Positions 25,503 to 39,369 of a DNA stretch of 64,000 nucleotides are shown piece after piece. The stretch's first letter is position 1. Each line of letters opens with the position of its first letter. This DNA comes from Lama glama (lineage: Eukaryota), in assembly GCA_028534125.1 (NCBI GenBank), contig CM052818.1, forward strand, positions 2,358,001 to 2,422,000, given 5' to 3'. The position numbers were made by a program, and so were the translations under genes. Below the pieces are notes generated by a model. The model had not been told where the DNA came from. It worked only from the letters and a program-made list of their open reading frames with translations, and ran no database searches.

Positions 25503-26055
25503 TGTATTAATCATGCCTTTCATTTTTTGCACTTTGATGCTTTGACATTTGGGACATTTGATGCTTGCTGACTCTGGAGGGACTGCCCCTCCCAAGGCTA
25601 GCCAATTCTTAGAAATAGTAAAGGACTCGCCTACAACTGCACCTTTCAGATGCAGACCAACAAGTCCACAGCCCACACCCCACCATCTCCTCTCAGGAGC
25701 GTTCACACTCAGCCAGCATTCCCCTGCCCTGAACACTCCAGGGCCAGGAACCACGCAACTCCAGAGAGCCCTACCCCCCAGAGCCTGCTGTAAGTATTCA
25801 AACCAGCCAATCCTAAACCTGCCTACCTTGCCTTGCCCATTCTTTTCCAAAGGAACCCAATAAAGGCTCTTGCCAGTGCTTTCCCCTCACTCCACCAGCC
25901 TCCTGACTGACCTGGTGCTTCCCCATGTGGCCCTGCTGGTGCGGCATGCCCCCTCCTCTTGGGAACTATAACAAACTATCCTTTCAGTGGTAATCGTCTC
26001 CTGACTTGTTGGCTTCACCATACCTAAATAATAATAAAACCTACATTTTAAAACA
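25503..26055 (+). mobile_element. MER74-like ERVL LTR
   Basis: tgtattaatcatg...ttgatgctttgacat...gactgcccctcccaaggctagccaattc; 5-bp flanks caagc/caagt. Confidence 0.8.
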
Positions 26056-26735
26056 CAAGTCTGCTCCTTCTCTGTGGGGGAGATCAGGGGTGAAGGGCCT
26101 TTGTAAAGAGCTCAGCAGCTGTACTTTGTAGATGTACTACACTCTTCTGTGAAGAGGTGGGGAGGCCTAGTAGTCTACACTATGCATTTGAAGGTTTCAG
26201 AGGGTAGCTTTGAAGTCTGGGCCCTGAGGAAAGGGAGGGAAAGGGGGGTTCAGTGTAGGGGACAGATCTGGTGACATGGCAGCTGGCTGAGACCCCAGGG
26301 GGAAACCAGCCTTTGGTGAAGCCACAGCCCTAAGAGAGAGGCTCTTCCACTAGAAGTGGTGTCCACACCTGCAGGGGGCAGCAGATCCGCCACCAGTTAG
26401 CCCAGGCCTTCCTCTATGCGGTGATGCTGTGAGCCAAAGATGAAGGGGTTCAGCACCCAGGTGCTGCAGCCAGAGAAGACAGTGATCCCAGGTGCTCGGA
26501 GCCGTGTTAGGGAGCAGTGAGATGGGAGAAGTGGGTGCACCTCACTGACACTGACACTGGCCAAGAAGTGAATTCTAGGACAGGCCCCTTCTCCAAATAC
26601 CCTGAAGGAAATGGCCCAGGAAGGCTGGCAGGACACGCAGCGCTGCTCCATTTGGTTCACGGGACACCCCACGTGGCGGACTCTAGGGTGTCACACACAC
26701 CAACCACTGTCTTCACGTGTTGGGTCACTCCCCAA

Positions 26736-26992
26736 TTTTTTTTTTGAAGCGTAGTTGATTTACAATGTTAGTTTCAGTTATACGTATACATATGTATATG
26801 TCTTTTTTTTTCAGATTCTTTTCCATTACATGTTATTATAAGAAATTGAATATAGCTCCCTGTGCTGTACAGTAGGTCCTTGTTGCTTATCTATTTTATA
26901 TATAGTAATGTATGTCTGTTAATCCTCAACTCCTAATTAATCCCTCCCCACCCTTTCCCCTTTTGTAACCAGAGTTTGTTTTCTGTGTCTGC
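26736..26992 (-). mobile_element. L1 3' end fragment
   Basis: tagttgatttacaatgttagtttcag...tgtgctgtacagtaggtccttgtt. Confidence 0.8.
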
Positions 26993-28277
26993 AACTCTCA
27001 ACATTTTTAAACCGTGCCTTTCACTCTAGAGCAACACTTTGGAAACACTTCTTCCTCGCAACCAACTTCCAAAAATAAATATTTATCATTGAGTGATGGA
27101 GAGTAAGAACTTTCAAGTCATCCTACCCTGGCGGGAGACCCAGCCCTGCCACGTGACAGTTTTAAGACGGACAAGTTCCAAAACCTTTCTGAGCCTGTTT
27201 CTTCACCTGTAAAAATCATCTGTTCATTTGACAAATATTTACTGAGTACCTACATGGCTCAGGCACCGTGGAAGGAACTGGTAATACTGGATGTGGATGC
27301 ACAAAATGGACAACCACTCTTACCCCGGTGGGGCTTCAAGGGAATAGCGAAAGAACTTCAGAAGGTTCTTGTAGAATCCGAGTTCACATACCTACCACCC
27401 CTGGCTGTGCCGGGGGCATGGAAGGTGCTTGCTAAATGTCACCCCACTCATGTCTTCCCGTCCTCTGCACACACTATCCCGTCAAATCGCTGTGAGCGCC
27501 GAATCATGACTTGAAGCACTGTCGTATGTAAGAAATTAGATTTAGTTTGGGTCATTCCTGATGATGATGAGACCCTCAGAATCTCAAGTAGAGAGCCTGG
27601 GGCTAAGTAGAAGGAAGGATTTTCTAACAGAATAATCCAGGCCCAGAATCGGCCTCTTCCTGAAGGACAGAAGAGATGAGACTCCTAGCCTGGGGAATCC
27701 ACAGGCCTTTCAACTCTGGGTGACATATCTGTGGAGGGGTGAGGTGCCAGTGAGAACACGGGTGGCCGGCGACCAGTGCCGGGCACATAGTCGCATGGAT
27801 ACGTGACAGCAGTGGGGTTAGACAAGCATCACCACTAGCGCCTCCCCCAGGAAAGGCTTACACAGCCCAGCCTGGTAAATGTGAAGGCGGCGCCCACCGT
27901 GGAAGACCAGTCGGCAACCATCATGGTAAAGACTGAGCCAGCCAAGCTGTGGATGCTAAATCTTGGGGGATATTTTGATGAGGAGCAGGATGTTTGCAGG
28001 GTCTGAAAGGGTCTCTGAACAGACTTCAAGGTGGGGAAATGAACAGTAAAGATACAATGGAAAACTCAGACAACACCTTGACAGGTGACTGAAATGCACA
28101 TCACCGATGAGGGACATGGTGTGCCTCCAGGTCTGAGATAAACACCGCACACCTCTGAGGATTCCAGCCAGGAGTCAGTAACCGAATCTGATCATGAATC
28201 TAACTGTGAGAAAAATGTCCGATGAACTCCAAAGGAGGAACATTCAATTTTTTTAAAAAATTGGGGTATTGTATTAT

Positions 28278-28555
28278 TCTAAGTCAGACAGAGAAAGACA
28301 AATATCATATGATATCACTTACATGTGGCATCAAAAAGTGATACAAATGAACTTATTTACAAAACAGAGACTCACAGACATAGAAAACAAACTTACAGTT
28401 ACCAAAGGGGAAAGGAAAAGGGGTGATAAATTAGGAGCTTGGGATTAACATGTATAAAATAGATAACCAACAAGGGCCTACTGTATAGCACAGGGAACTA
28501 TGTTCAGTGTCTTGTAATAACCTATAATGGAAAAGAACCGGAAAACAAATAGATT

Positions 28556-28587
<32 letters not shown>

Positions 28588-28658
28588 TAAATTGAATCAC
28601 TTTGCTGTACACCTGAAACTAACACAGTAAATCAACTATACTTCAATTTTTAAAAATT
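28278..28658 (+). mobile_element. L1 3' end with internal (GATA)n repeat
   Basis: aagtcagacagagaaagacaaatatcatatg...tgtatagcacagggaactat...aatcaactatacttcaat; (ATAG)n near 28549-28586. Confidence 0.85.
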
Positions 28659-29226
28659 AGAGTGGTGCATTCTTCAAACACGTAAATTATCGTAAAAGAC
28701 AAAGGCTATGGAAATGTCCCAAATTAAAGGAGGCAATGGAAACACGATGATGAAATTCAATATGGGAGTCTAGACCAGGGATCCTGTACTCGGGGAAAGA
28801 GAGAACAAAAGGCTATAGAAGATCTTATTTGGTCAATTGATAGGGTCCAAATACAAACAGTAAAGTATGGCAACCACGTTAAATTTATTGAAGATGATAA
28901 TGGTACTGCGATTACGTAAATATATCCCTACTCTTAGGAAATACACACAGAAGTGTTTGGGGATAAAGGGCCATGCTGAGTGTAAAGTACCCTCAAATGG
29001 GGCAGAGAGAAAAGGGAGGGAGCAGGAAGAGAAGAGAGAGTGAGTGAGAGAGAGAGAGAGAGAATATTATAAAGCAAATAAAATAGAATGTTATCAGTAA
29101 GAGAACCTGAGTAGAGTATATGGATGTTCTTGGTTCTATTTTTGAAACTGTTGTATAAGTTTGAAATTATTTCCCCAAAAGTTCCAGAAGGGTCTCCATA
29201 TGTCAGTTTCTGATTCCTTATCTTTT

Positions 29227-29459
29227 TTTATTTTTTTTTTAGAATTTATGTATATACTTTATTGAAGTATAGTCAGTTTACAATGCTGTGTCAATTTCTG
29301 GTGTACAGCACAGTGCTTCAGTCATACATGAACACACATAATTCACTTTCATATTCTTTTTCACTGTAAGTTACTACAAGATATTGAACATAGTTCCCTG
29401 TGCTATACTGTATGAACTTTTTGTTTATCTATTTTATATAGTATTAGTTAGTATCGGCA
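29227..29459 (-). mobile_element. L1 3' tail insertion with 15-bp TSD
   Basis: gattccttatctttt at 29212 and 29460. Confidence 0.85.
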
Positions 29460-29624
29460 GATTCCTTATCTTTTGTACTAAGAAAAAGACCTGTCAACTA
29501 GAAACATACACATTACAACTCAAATCCATTCATCACTGACCCAGCTGCACCTTACTCATTAGATTTAGTGAGTCAGCACGACTGGAGAGTCAGAGAGCCC
29601 CTGTCCTGGCAGGATACGCACACA

Positions 29625-30124
29625 NNNNNNNNNNNNNNNNNNNNNNNNNNNNNNNNNNNNNNNNNNNNNNNNNNNNNNNNNNNNNNNNNNNNNNNNNNNN
29701 NNNNNNNNNNNNNNNNNNNNNNNNNNNNNNNNNNNNNNNNNNNNNNNNNNNNNNNNNNNNNNNNNNNNNNNNNNNNNNNNNNNNNNNNNNNNNNNNNNNN
29801 NNNNNNNNNNNNNNNNNNNNNNNNNNNNNNNNNNNNNNNNNNNNNNNNNNNNNNNNNNNNNNNNNNNNNNNNNNNNNNNNNNNNNNNNNNNNNNNNNNNN
29901 NNNNNNNNNNNNNNNNNNNNNNNNNNNNNNNNNNNNNNNNNNNNNNNNNNNNNNNNNNNNNNNNNNNNNNNNNNNNNNNNNNNNNNNNNNNNNNNNNNNN
30001 NNNNNNNNNNNNNNNNNNNNNNNNNNNNNNNNNNNNNNNNNNNNNNNNNNNNNNNNNNNNNNNNNNNNNNNNNNNNNNNNNNNNNNNNNNNNNNNNNNNN
30101 NNNNNNNNNNNNNNNNNNNNNNNN
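29625..30124. other. Assembly gap (500 N)
   Basis: Run of N, starting after a CA run and ending in an L1 tail. Confidence 1.
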
Positions 30125-30320
30125 ATAACTGCTATAAATAAAGTAGGTAAACAACAATTTCTTCTGTATAGCACAGGGAATTATATTCAATATCCTGTAG
30201 TAACCTATAATGAAAAAGAGTATGAAAAGGAATATATGTATTTATAAGCATGACTGAAACTTTATGCTGTACACCATAAATTGACACATGGTAAACTGAC
30301 TATACTTCAACTAAAAACAA
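30125..30320 (+). mobile_element. L1 3' end fragment
   Basis: tgtatagcacagggaattatattcaatatc...gtaaactgactatacttcaa. Confidence 0.85.
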
Positions 30321-30477
30321 TATATATAGAACTTTATATAAACTGAAAAAATTAAAATGTTCTTTACACTGAATTCATTGAAATTTTTCCCTTTTCTCTT
30401 GCAAAATATAAAATGTCACATGGTTGCTCTTGTCACTTCCTGGAAATATTTCTTACTTTTACAGCTTTAGAATTTTT

Positions 30478-30782
30478 TTTTAATGCCAGGTCATTGGCTC
30501 TTTTTTTTTTTTTTTGTGCTTTTTGATTTTTTTTTTTTTTACATTTTTATTGATTCATAATCATTTTACAGTGTTGTGTCAAATTCCAGTGTTAAGCACA
30601 GGCTCTTTTTTTTTTAACCTTAATTTTATTAATTTTTTTTTAGCTGTTTGTTTGTTGGTTTTGAGGGGAGGTAACTAGGTTTATTTATTTAATTATTTTT
30701 TTAATGGGGGTACTGGAGATTGAATCTAGGACCTTGTGTATGCTAAGCATGCGCTCTCCCACTTGAGCTGTCCCCTCCCCAC
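30478..30782 (-). mobile_element. Vic-1-like SINE with extended tail and nested L1-tail insertion
   Basis: TSD cagctttagaattttt at 30462 and 30783; inner duplication ggctctttt at 30496 and 30601. Confidence 0.8.
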
Positions 30783-33499
30783 CAGCTTTAGAATTTTTAA
30801 TCATTTTAATATCGGATTCTTTTCTCCCATTTCACGTGCACGGTGAGGTACTGTGCGGTCTGACCATGGGAGCCTTACAGAAGCACCTTGCAGGTACCAG
30901 CCTCCCTCCCTCTGCTCCACCAAGTTTTTACCCTCATGCACCTCCCATCCAAGCAAACCTGTCTCAAGCCTACACACCCACTGGCTCCGATAATGAGGCT
31001 AAAATTCTATTATTCCCACACACGACAGTGTGGTTTGGGTAACTTCTGAAATTCTCCAGATATTTATGAATGTAAGTTTAAATGCAAATGAAAAGCTTAA
31101 TATAATTGCTAGAAATGCAAAATTGAGGTAAATGTTTGAAAACTCAAACATTACAGGATTCAAGTAGTTATCAGAAAGAAGTTTCTGGTAAGTTAGAAAG
31201 CTTTGTGAACGAGCTGTTCTGCAAACTGACGTCTAAGGAACTGACTTCTAGCACACTGGCCCTGCAGGGAAGTGGTCATGTGGGGAATGGGTCTTCAGGG
31301 AGCTGGCTTCCCCCCTGGAGCCAGAGGACGCCCATGGGGGCCAACAAGAGGGCCGCGAGGTGCAATGCAGCCAGCCCCTGCTGTGACCTCTGACCCACAA
31401 GGCCAGGCTAGCCCGCAGGTGGCACTGGCCTAGTGTCACCCTGAGGGCTAGCCTGACCTTTGAATTGATCAAAACCATGTTTTGTCCCCTGGTGCCCTCA
31501 TGGTCTTAGAAATTTCCCCACAGGGCCTGAAAAATGCTGAATGTGATCATGAAAATGAAACCTGCATTTCCTCTGCGTGCCTCTGCCCCACTAAGCTTTC
31601 TCAACTCCAGCATCATCGGGGAACTGAACTCTTCAGAAGGGCCCAGCACCCCCCTGGGGCTTCCCGGAGTCTCTGAGAGGGGCAGGGGCGCGGTGATTCT
31701 CATCACATTGCAGACCTGCCCATCAACCATCGCTCTGCCATCACTAGGCTTCGAGGGAATTACCCAGTCTCCTGGAGCCTCAGTTTCCCTCTGTAATAAT
31801 GACAATGCTAACAGCAGCACCTAACTAATGAAAAAAGATCTTTTACATAAAGACTCAGCACAGGGTCAGACATCTGGCTAAGCTCTTGGTAAACATCAGC
31901 TGTTGTGGGCTTGCTATTATTATCCTCAGCCTGGTGGCAGGGGGCCCCTGCCCCATCCGGCCCCGCTGCTCCCTTCCCACTGGGCTGCACAGGTCGTATG
32001 ACTGAGTCCCACCTGTGAGGCCCTAGCCCGGCTGCCCTCCATGCCGGAACACTGAAAGGGCCTCCCTTCCTCTTCTCTGAGTCAGTCTGTGTGGCCCTCC
32101 TCCAAGAAGCCCTCCAGGACCACCCAGTGCCCAGCATGGCTGCTCCCTCACCTGCAGGCTCACCATTCATGCTTGACAGAAGCTGCCTTTTTCCCACAAA
32201 ACATCTGTGTTGGGGTAGCTTTGTGTGAATCAATTCCAGCCCCGGGCCCTGTGTACATGGAGGCTGCTCAGGTCCAGGATGGCAAAGATGGGCCCAATAT
32301 GCCCTGGGCCCCTACACCTTGCAGCCCCACCTCAGGACGGCCCAGTGGAAGCGCCCCCATCCTCCCCACACATACCACAGCCAGTACCCACGGCCACCAG
32401 AGCCACAGGGAGACCATGGCAGCTGGGTTTTGATTCCAAGATTTTTAAGATTTCAAATTGTCCAGATGTTCTGCAGCCTGAGACCCTTATCGGCCTTCTC
32501 AGAGTCCTCCCTCCTTCCCTCTCCTCCTCCCCCACCCCAGGGTAACACAGCCAGGCCTCAGACACTAGCTGACCCAGGTCCCAAACAAAGGCTCCCCTGT
32601 CAGCAGATCACCAAACAGCAGGCCCATGCCTGAGTCTCAGGGCCAGATCTCAGCAAATGGCACCAGGGCGTGAACCCACCCCTTCAGGTACCTCACACGG
32701 CTGCACCCCATCAGGGATTGCTGAACCCCTCCCCTGACATTCAGCGCTTGTCACCGAGCACCCTCACAGGCCGTGTCTCTCAGGCCACCCCACAGCCAAC
32801 AGGCCCATCAATCTAATCTGCAAGCTCTGCGGGCCCTGCCCACCCCTCTCCCCTCCCACCCCTGCCGCACACTCCTAGCACCAGCACACACAAGGCCAGG
32901 AGCCCAGCACAAGAGGAAGGACCCATCACCTGCGTAGAGAGCCTGCTCTCGCCACCACGAACCTCTGAACTGTGTTCTTGCTATTCCCCCTGCCTGGGAA
33001 CCCTCCCTCTGTGTGCATGAAATAACACCAGAAAGCACTGCCACAGGACGGCGGGCAGCGGTGTGAACCGACATTACTGCTCCGACTTCTCAACCACAAC
33101 TCTCACCTGAAGTCCCACCTCTTCCATGACGCCTCCGTCGAGTGCTCCCCGAGAGCTGCGGCCCGGCCCGGCCTGCCTCCCGCAGCGTGCCCTCCCCAGT
33201 CTGCACCACGGGCGGGAGAGAGGGCCGTGCCAGGCGCCTCTGGGCTGCAGCAGGACGCAGAGCGCCTTCCCTCCCCTGCTCCCCGGGGCCCTAGCTGTCT
33301 CTGCAAACACGTGCACAGACAGCCTGATTCTGCTTCTGGCCCATCTTCCTTCCCTGCCCCCTGGGAAGCTCTCAGATTCACCCACTGCTGCAGCCTCTCC
33401 CCTAAATCCACCACGGGGCCAGAGCTCAGATTCTGGAGCTCACATCCACCAGGACCCTACCCAGACCCGCAGGCCACAGAGCCCCCCTGTCCAGCCTCA

Positions 33500-33658
<159 letters not shown>

Positions 33659-33728
33659 TCACTCGGGTGCCCCTCGGGCACTAAACAGGCATCCACAACC
33701 ACTGCCAGGGGAGGGAGGGATGAGTAAG

Positions 33729-33757
33729 TGAATGAATGAATGAATGAATGAATGAAT
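33729..33757. repeat. (TGAA)n microsatellite (L2 tail)
   Basis: About 7 TGAA units following an L2-like 3' end. Confidence 0.85.
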
Positions 33758-34471
33758 AACCAGCAGTTTTCCAGAGCTTCAGAAGTGACAGTGAGAGCTG
33801 AAGGCAGCAGCAGAAGAGGCCAGACTCCTGTGACACCACCACCAACCCAATTCTACCCATCAGTTACCAGCAGCCCAGCTGTGGAAAACACCAGGTGACC
33901 ATGCAGGGCCCTCGGGGACCAAGATCAAAGCGCTCATGGAGAAGCCAGGCCCCTGGTGACAGTATGACTAAGTGCCATTTTGGTATCCAGAGGACCCCCC
34001 CTGCAACCTGAAGCCACCCACACAAGGCATCCAGGAGAACCACATGCAGAAAACTGCTGGAGGGGGCTGAGGCCAGCAGGAGCCAGAGGAGGACCTGGTG
34101 AATCAGGGAGGACTGTCAGGAGGAGGTGGCTCTGGGCCCAGAGAACAGCCTCTGGATGGGAGACCAAGCAGACAAGAGAGCCCTCAACACCCTACACCTG
34201 GCTAGCCAGAGCTGGAGGCAGCAGAGACAAAAGGCATCTCACTCCTGTCCAGGCCGCACTCACATCACAGGGGAGATGGCAGGCCAGGCCACCAACCCAC
34301 CTCCCAGGTCCCTGGGGCCAGGAGGATTTCACTGGCACGCTGGACCAGAGAACCCCTCCTCTCCATGACAGCACCACTAAGAAGGTCACCTCTGCTGAGC
34401 CCCCTGACTTGTCCCTGCAGAGACAGCGGCACAGAGAGGGGACAGGAGGGAGGGTGGGAGAGCTCACATAC

Positions 34472-34527
34472 CTCATTCCACACGGGGTTCACATTGTTCT
34501 TGATGACTTTGGTTCTCTTCTTCACCC
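34472..34527 (-). CDS. DYSF: DYSF exon 2 (56 nt)
   Basis: TCTCGTAG| (G)VKKRTKVIKNNVNPVWNE |GTATGT. Confidence 0.97.
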
Positions 34528-37500
34528 CTACGAGAGACACAAAGGGAGACTGGAGAGGCGCACCCCACCCTGTGCCTTCCCCCGCGAGTGCAGGCCAGCT
34601 TCTGAGGTCTGCCCTGCAGCGCCCGCCAAAGGAACCCTCACAAAACCCACGAGCCCCTGAGAGCCCCACTGGTCTGCGATGAAAGCACAGTCTGCCCACA
34701 CGACCACTCTCTCAGTTCTGGGATGGAGAAACAGCAGCCCCGTTGGAGGACGGTTTAAGGGAAAACACCCAGCCTGATTCTTCTTAATGAGCTTGTTAAT
34801 TGTTATTCCTGATTTTCGAAATAAAGTATTTAAATTTCTAAATAAAGTTGTACATTTTCTGATTCTAAGAATGAAGGATCTTCGTAGAAAATATTCCATT
34901 TTTCTTTCAAAAAATTCTCTCCACATACTGTACGATTCCATTCATGTGACCTGTCCAGAAGAGGCAAATCCACAGAGATGGAAAACAGATTAATAGTTCC
35001 CAGAGGAGATGCAAACGGTGAGGGAATGTTTAATGGAAGTTTCTTTTGGGAGTGATGAAATGTTCTGGAAATTTGAAAGCTCAGATCTCATGTTGGGCAA
35101 CAAATGATGTGTCAGTTTAAAGCGGCAGGCCCACTCACTCATTTTCAAGAAAATGTCTGTCAAATGCCCAAATCTGAATAATCACAGTTTGTCATTCTTT
35201 CAAGTAAAAACAGTATTCCACTAAAAAAAAAAATGGCTAGTTCAGCATGCCCCACGCCCCTCAAGCAGTCACGCACGTGCTTTTTCTTGCAATAATCATG
35301 ATTTTTCAGTGTGCAGAAGCGCTCCGTGCACATTTCCCGTCTCAACACACAAAATATTACAAACACGTGTACCCAATCAATGCACTGCTTTATCAAGGAC
35401 ATTCTTCAATAAAACTGGCTTTTTTCCCCCAAACTGTGAGTACATGACGGTGAAAAATAAAATGACTAGCACAATTTGGTGCCAAGGCCCTCATCAGTAT
35501 TAAGGCACCAGCAATTTCACGTTCCGTTGCTGTTGTACCATCAGTGCACATGTTGACACAGTGAAAATGGCAAAGAGCATCTCAGCGTTACTGTGAAATG
35601 GTTTTAACCTTCTGACCTGCTCAAAGAGTCTTGGGGCTTCCCCCAGGGGTTCGTGGACCACATTTGAAGAACCTCTTAGGAAATTCATTGAACATCTCAG
35701 CTTCTGTTTCCTTATCTGTAAGGTCATAATACCTCCCTATGGAGTGGTTGTGAAAATTCAACCAAATGGAATGAGAGAGGTGTCTGGCACACTGCATGCT
35801 CATTAAATGTAGGTTCACTTCCCCTCCCCTCTCCTCTGTGCCCCACTCTGATGATCTGATCTAGTGAACTCCTACTGATTCTTCAATGCGTTGCTCAGGT
35901 GTCTCTCCTCTGATAAGCCTCCCCAGACAGAGATGGTTGCCAGATGTGACCACATATATTGAACAGCAGGACAACCGTGTGCTTCTACATCTGGCCCCTC
36001 AGCTAGACTGTGAGCTGCAGGGGGCAGACACCGGGCCTTACTCACGTTAGGAACCCTCGTACATAGCAAGGTGCCCAGTACTTGGGTACCGAATGAATGG
36101 GTCCTTTTCTTTTCCTGGAAGTTCACCTCATCACAAGAGGACAGAAGCAGTCTTCTCAGGGAACGCAGAGATGGCACTCCCACAGAGGGGAGGAAAGGCG
36201 GCGCAGTGGGGGAGGTGTCCTGGGAGGGGCCCAGTTAGCTTCTCAAGGTGGCCCAGGACTGCCCTGTGGGCCATGTTGCTGCGGCTCCAGCAAGGGTTAA
36301 ATACACGGCTTTTTAGTCATTTGAATAACAGGTACTCCTCGGTGACCTTACGTAGGGCTTGTAACCTCTCTAAGGCCTTCGCCCCCTTGGCAGTAAAATG
36401 ATAATAATGAGTGTCTCCTTGATCAGTTTTGAGGGGATATGAGATGCTATCTAAGTGTTCACTTCCTCTCCCCTGTCAACTTCCCATGACCTACAGAAGC
36501 AACATGGAAAATTCCATCTGCAACCTCACTTGAACTGTCCACTTGGAAACATATCCGGGTGCTCCCGGCTAGCATCAACTGAGCGACATCTGTGTGCCAA
36601 GCCCTGTGCCAAGCGCCTTTCAAACGTTTTCTCTGCCTGCCTTCCCTGAAGATGGGGAGAACAAAGGCCCTGGATGGGATTTCCCTAAGTCTCGGGTGGA
36701 AGGGCTGACTGTGGGACCCTCTGGGTGACACACACTAAGGGAGGGGTCACTGATGGACGCTACAGCCCCACAGAAGAGTCAGAAAGAAGTGAAACGTTAA
36801 CCCAGCACAATCACATGACCTACAGACGCCAAGGAAAAGGAAGGCAGGCTGCTAATGAGGAAACAGTTGAGAAAAGAGTTCCTTCCTCATCATGAATTTA
36901 GACCTGTCCTGTCCTTGGTCATCAGCATTGGCCTTGAGAGACATGGCTTTATGTGTGTACTTAAGCCGACTGGATAGTTAAAGATACAGGAGAGCTCACA
37001 GCTCATGCCGGGGGTGGGGGGAGGGGACCACATCCCCTCCCCAGGTTGCCCTGCAGAACTAGGGGCCAGGAGGCATCCATGAGAATCACGTTGGAGCCCT
37101 GGGGAGTCCTCCAGACAGACTGACTCAGTGGAGGGGAATGAACCTGCCATGGGAGGACTCTTCTGTCCCCACAGAAATTCTTCACTGGTTTCCCCTGGCC
37201 CACCCACCCCAACTCGACCCCTGACTCCTAGACCAGAGTCACCCAGGGCTGCAAGGCGGTGTTTTTCAAATTGCTCATTGGGACCCACCAGCAGGCTATG
37301 ACATCAATTGAGTGAGTTGACCAATATGTCTTTTTAGTGACAGAATAGACGAGAGAAGAAAATATCAGAGCACAGCTTTCATGTAAAAGTACTGTTACTT
37401 GAAACTTTTGGTTCTATTTTCACATACATATTTATGTGAGGGTACTATGTCTTGTTGTAAAAATACATTTCTTGTTGTGGATAACAGTCCTAAAAGTTTG

Positions 37501-37704
37501 AAAATATTGCCTTAAAGGAAGGTGGTCAGAGGAGAACCAGAGAACAAAGAAATCACCATCTTGACCCTTGATTGTGGAGGCTGGATGATGTAGTGGACCG
37601 GCCTGATCTCCCACTGGAGCCATGTCTGATAAAGACCCTGGGCTGTGGGAGGGGATGTAGGAGGAGCCCCAGAGACGGGAACAAAGTGGAGATAAGAAGA
37701 CAGT

Positions 37705-38785
37705 CAGCAGCACTATGTACAAGAGCCAAGACACGGAAACAGCAAAGATGTCCATCGACAGGCATATAGATAAAGGAGACGTGATGTATTTATAAAATGG
37801 AATACTACTCGGCCATAAAAAATAAAATGATGCCATTTGCAGAACATGGATAGACTTAGAGATGATCGTATTAAGTGAAGTAAGTCAGACAAAGACAAAT
37901 ATCATATGACGTCCCTTATATGGGGAATCTTTAAAAAAAAAAGATAATTTTATTTACAAACCAGAAATAGACTCACGGACACAGAAAAGAAAGTGCTGTG
38001 ACTGAGGTGGGAAGCCCCATAAAAAGACTGGCAGGACCCCCAGGCAGGGCCACTACTCTCCTGCCAGCACCATCTGGTTCCCTGGCCCAGAGGCTCTCTC
38101 TCACTTTTTTGCCTCTGAAACAGCTTAATTACCCCTAAAATTCTATTGGTTCCCTGAGCTCACTCCTGATTGGTTACTTCCTTCACTCCTGATTGGTTAT
38201 TTCCTTCACTCCTGATTGGTCCATTTCTACAAAGCTTGTTCCTAATTAGTCAACTTTTGTTACACCTTATTTGCATATGATCTTGCAAAGTGTAAACTGG
38301 TAGCCTATAAAAGCCTGTGTAAACCTACAGATGGGGTCCAGAGCTTGGAGTGTTAACTCCTCTGGGCCTGCTGGCGTAATAAATCTGAATTCTCTAACTC
38401 TCCAGGTGCTGCTTGGTCTCTTGCCCAGATCCAGATTGCTGTCACAACTGAGGCTCTAACACCAAGCTGTAATATTGAGCTATAACTCGGAGTTGTAACA
38501 CATTTTTTCTGCAACATGACCAGAGGGGAAAAGGAGCAGAGGGATAGATTAGGAATTTGGGATTAACAGATACACGTTATTATGTATAAAACAGATAAAC
38601 AACAAGGACCTACCGTATAGCACAGGGAACTGTATTCAATTTCTTATAATTAGCTATAATGGGAAGGAATCTGAAAAAATATGTGTAGGTATGTATATGC
38701 ATAATTGAATCACTTTGCTGTACACATGAAACTAGCATTGTAAAGATTGCACGTCAACAAAAAATAAGAATTAAAAAAAAAAAAA
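37705..38785 (+). mobile_element. 5'-truncated L1 interrupted by a solo LTR
   Basis: L1 3' motifs, poly(A) near 38773-38787, TSD aagacagtc on both sides. Confidence 0.85.
38003..38516 (+). mobile_element. Solo LTR with perfect 4-bp TSD (TGAC)
   Basis: tgac|TG...CA|tgac; 3x 23-bp CCAAT-containing repeats, TATAAAA 38306, AATAAA 38378. Confidence 0.88.
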
Positions 38786-39369
38786 AAGACAGTCCTTCCT
38801 GCCCAGCCAGTGCCTGGGGTCACCAGATTGAGCAGTCTCCACTGGAGCCCCACACATCTGACACCTGAGCATCGTCACACGTGGGCACGACCTCACACAA
38901 AGAGCCACATCACTGCCCTCTGCTCAGCGCCTGGTGAGGCTGACCTGCCAGCGGCTGTCTCCCCTGCAATCTAGGCCTCGGGCCCATCTCATGGGGACAG
39001 GCCCCTTTCAAAGGGCCCAGGATGCTTGCAAGCCCCTCTAAATATGCACAGGAGTTACAGTGTAGAAAGGAGCACCCCAATCTCTGGCAGAACCAGCATA
39101 GTCACGATAGGACAGACTGCCTCCTCCAACACAATGATCAGGTCACAGTACATCTGGGAAGCAGACAAAATGCTTGTTTCTGTAACACTGATGAGAATGG
39201 AATATTTGGGGCTGGTAGGATCATAGAGAAGACAAACGCCAAAGCAACAGTTTTCACTGAGGGTTCACATCACAGTCTGTAACCTGCTCCCCTGTTTCTA
39301 ATGCCTGTCCAAAGTTTACAGAAAGGCTGAGAAATACTGATGCAGTTCCCATTGCATCTCAAAGGCACC

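Noticed and set aside
29568..30190. ORFs spanning the second N gap
   Set aside because: Artefacts of N runs
38160..38220. Short direct repeats resembling a CRISPR array (also 3480, 10263, 21734)
   Set aside because: Head-to-tail with no unique spacers, eukaryotic context, no cas genes
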